Below are positions 61,995-64,000 of a DNA stretch of 64,000 bases, in pieces. The stretch comes from Planctomycetaceae bacterium (GTDB lineage: Bacteria; Planctomycetota; Phycisphaerae; Phycisphaerales; SM1A02): assembly GCA_027490145.1 (NCBI GenBank), contig JAIXYQ010000013.1, positions 79,433-143,432 of the forward strand. The letters are read 5' to 3'. The notes below the pieces were generated by a model. It was not told where the DNA came from. It was given only the letters and a program-made list of their open reading frames with translations, and did no database searches. Position numbers and translations under genes: made by a program. How positions within the stretch are numbered: position 1 is the first letter of the stretch; each line of letters opens with the position of its first letter.

Positions 61995-62465
61995 TCACTC
62001 AGGCTTGCCGCCCGAAGCGTCGTAGATCCAGGCCTCGCTGGCTCGCGGGAACTCGATCACTTCACCGGCCTTGAAGAAGATGCCCAATTCACGAGCCGCG
62101 GCCTCGGGGCCGTCCGATCCGTGGATCAGGTTGAAGCTGTTCGACACGCCGAAGTCACCGCGGATCGTGCCGGGGTTGGCCTTCGAACCGAAGGTGGCGC
62201 CCATCATGTTGCGGCAGATGGTGATCGCGCCGATGCCGCGGACAGCCATCACGACGACCGGGCTGCTGGTCATGAATCGGACCAGTCCGGGGTAGAACGG
62301 CTTGCTGGCGTGGTCCTTGTAGTGGGTGGCGGCGAGGTCCTGGGAGATCTGCATGAGCTTCATGCCGACGATCTGCAGGCCCTTCTCCTCGAAGCGGGTG
62401 ATGATGCGTCCGCACAGGCCGCGCTGAACGGCATCGGGCTTCAGGATGATGAGGGTGGTTTCCAT
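61995..62465 (-). CDS. ndk: nucleoside-diphosphate kinase
   Basis: ORF 61995..62570 trimmed to METTLIILKPDAVQRGL (ATG 62465, GGAG 6 nt upstream). NLIHGSD active-site His. Confidence 0.92.
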   Translation of the reverse strand: METTLIILKPDAVQRGLCGRIITRFEEKGLQIVGMKLMQISQDLAATHYKDHASKPFYPGLVRFMTSSPVVVMAVRGIGAITICRNMMGATFGSKANPGTIRGDFGVSNSFNLIHGSDGPEAAARELGIFFKAGEVIEFPRASEAWIYDASGGKPE

Positions 62466-62496
62466 GGGGTGCTCCTTTGGTGGAATTGGGGCGGGA

Positions 62497-62525
62497 ATGG
62501 TAGCGGTTTCCGTCGGCCCGGCCAA
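62497..62525 (-). promoter_or_regulatory. candidate ndk promoter: TTGGCC - 17 nt - TACCAT, with a leader of about 24 nt containing GGAG
   Basis: Read on the minus strand. This is the only case in the window where I see both a reasonable -35 box and a -10 box at canonical spacing. Confidence 0.45.
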
Positions 62526-62629
62526 CCGGGTCCCGAGTCGGCGCGCCGCGGGCAGGTCGCTAGGATCCAAGCGCGCCCCGTGGGTTCGGGGTTGCAGGGC
62601 ACGGTTGCCGCACGAAGGTGAGATGGAGC

Positions 62630-64000
62630 ATGGATGCCGTGAGTGAAACCGCAGCGAAGCGTCGCAAGGGAGCCACCGCCGAGGAGATGGCCACGCGCCA
62701 GCGTGACATCTCGGTCAGCGAGTTCTTCGCCAAGAACCGCCACCTCCTGGGCTTCGACAACCCCCGCAAGGCGCTGCTCACCGCCGTCAAGGAAGCCGTC
62801 GACAACAGCCTCGATGCCTGCGAGGAAGCCGGCATCCTGCCCGAGATCGCGGTCATCATCGAGGACCTGCAGCCCGATCGCCCGGCCACCGCGAAGAGTT
62901 CCCGCTACCGGCTGACGGTCGTCGACAACGGTCCCGGGATCGTCCGCAAGCAGGTCGAGAACATCTTCGGCCGGTTGCTCTATGGGTCCAAGTTCCATCG
63001 CCTGAAGATGAGCCGCGGCCAGCAGGGGATCGGCATCAGCGCGGCGGGCATGTACGGGCTCATCACGACCGGCCGCCCCATGGTGATCCACACCAAGCCC
63101 AAGGCCGGCAGCGCCGCTCATCACATCGAGCTGGCGATGAACACGAAGACCAACCGCGCCGAGGTCACGACCGACGACGAGGTGAAGGACTTCCCGCCCG
63201 CACGGCTCTCGGCGATCACGCCGGGCACGCGTGCGCTCGTCGCCGAAGGGGGATTCCTCTCGCCGGAGACCTTCCGTACCGGCACCAGCGTGAGCATCGA
63301 GCTCGAGGGCCGCTACCAGCGTGGGCGCGGCAGCGTCGATGAGTTCCTCGAACTCACGGCGATCGCGAATCCCCACGCGCGCATCACCTTCGTGCCGCCG
63401 TCGCGTGATGCCGGTGCCGACGATGATGCCTCGGTCCTCGCCCACGCCGAAGCCAGCGCCGCGACGAAGGCCACCGCGACCACCGAGACCGGCGGTGTGG
63501 TGATCTATCCGCGCGGCGTGCAGGAGCTCCCGCCCGAGACGCGCGAAATCCAGCCTCATCCCAAGGGCATCGAGCTCGGCATCCTGCTGCAGATGCTCAA
63601 GGACTACGAGGCCACCGAGAAGGGGAGCCTTTTCACCTTCCTGCAGGAGCGGTTCTGCCGCGTGAGCAGCGCCACCGCCGCCCAGATGTGCAAGGCCGCC
63701 GATGCCACCAGCCGCACGCGCGCGGGCGATGTCGAGGCGCCGCAGGCCGAGAAGCTCTTCCAGTTCTTCCAGGACGTCAAGCTTCCACCGCCGCCGACCG
63801 ACTGCCTGGCGCCGATCGGCGTGCGGCAACTGCTGGCCGGCCTGCTCAAGGGCGTGAGCGCCGAGTTCTACGCCGCCAGCAGCCGCAGCGCCGAGGTCTA
63901 CCGCGGGCGGCCGTTCCAGATCGAGGCGGCCATCGCCTTCGGTGGCGATCTGCCGGCCGACGAGCCGGCGCGCGTGATCCGCTTCGCGAACCGGGTGCCG
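62630..64000 (+). CDS. top6B: DNA topoisomerase VI subunit B (GHKL ATPase); 3' end runs off the window
   Basis: Absent from the ORF track because there is no in-window stop. Hand translation from the ATG at 62630 gives MDAVSETAAKRRKGATAEEMATRQRDISVSEFFAKNRHLLGFDNPRKALLTAVKEAVDNSLDACEEAG..VVDNGPGI..LLYGSKFHRLKMSRGQQGIGISAAGMY...EVYRGRPFQIEAAIAFGG..VIRFANRVP. These are the Bergerat-fold N, G1 and G2 boxes plus the characteristic Topo VI-B transducer motifs. Confidence 0.85.
   Translation, partial: MDAVSETAAKRRKGATAEEMATRQRDISVSEFFAKNRHLLGFDNPRKALLTAVKEAVDNSLDACEEAGILPEIAVIIEDLQPDRPATAKSSRYRLTVVDNGPGIVRKQVENIFGRLLYGSKFHRLKMSRGQQGIGISAAGMYGLITTGRPMVIHTKPKAGSAAHHIELAMNTKTNRAEVTTDDEVKDFPPARLSAITPGTRALVAEGGFLSPETFRTGTSVSIELEGRYQRGRGSVDEFLELTAIANPHARITFVPPSRDAGADDDASVLAHAEASAATKATATTETGGVVIYPRGVQELPPETREIQPHPKGIELGILLQMLKDYEATEKGSLFTFLQERFCRVSSATAAQMCKAADATSRTRAGDVEAPQAEKLFQFFQDVKLPPPPTDCLAPIGVRQLLAGLLKGVSAEFYAASSRSAEVYRGRPFQIEAAIAFGGDLPADEPARVIRFANRVP

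Noticed and set aside
1-64000. A search for mobile elements, prophage genes, defence systems, toxin-antitoxin pairs, tRNA/rRNA genes and CRISPR arrays.
   Set aside because: No ORF shows a transposase, integrase, recombinase, Cas or restriction-modification signature. No inverted terminal repeats or direct-repeat/spacer arrays were seen. All intergenic gaps are 230 bp or less and lack tRNA-like cloverleaf sequences. This was an eye scan only; tRNAscan, Infernal, or defence-system finders such as DefenseFinder or PADLOC would be the definitive check.

Overview
High-GC chromosomal segment, roughly two-thirds G+C by eye. Gene content suggests Planctomycetota, possibly Phycisphaerae-like: DUF1080 proteins, a DUF1559-like prepilin protein, dockerin-like repeats and an FGE-sulfatase protein. 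That assignment is inference only. I support about 57 protein-coding genes. Two of them run off the window edges and are missing from the ORF track: glgP at the left edge and a topoisomerase VI subunit B gene at the right edge. Most of the window is housekeeping: serA-serC, acs, alaS, tpiA-secG-yicC, adk, recJ, cysC/cysD/cysNC, pdxJ, dapA, a glmM-like mutase, queD, ppk1, ndk and a sigma-70 factor. The one accessory-looking block is 37.5-58.6 kb. It holds a complete, tightly coupled type II secretion (T2SS) operon on the minus strand, in the order Spy-like gene, gspE-F-G-H-I-J-K-L-M-C-D, lipoprotein. Several of its envelope components carry long low-complexity charged extensions. Next to it lie a 1355-aa double beta-propeller protein and a 147-aa protein that is about 85% Asp/Glu after its first 24 residues. 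I saw no rRNA, tRNA, CRISPR array, transposase or integrase; the largest intergenic gap is about 230 bp. Two observations stand out. First, many first-in-operon genes have a TAnnnT hexamer exactly 6-8 nt upstream of the start codon and no Shine-Dalgarno, which suggests leaderless mRNAs. Second, an archaeal-type Topo VI B gene is present. Many long ORFs in the track are antisense or N-terminally over-extended GC-rich artefacts. I trimmed starts by hand, and those start calls are less certain than the gene calls.
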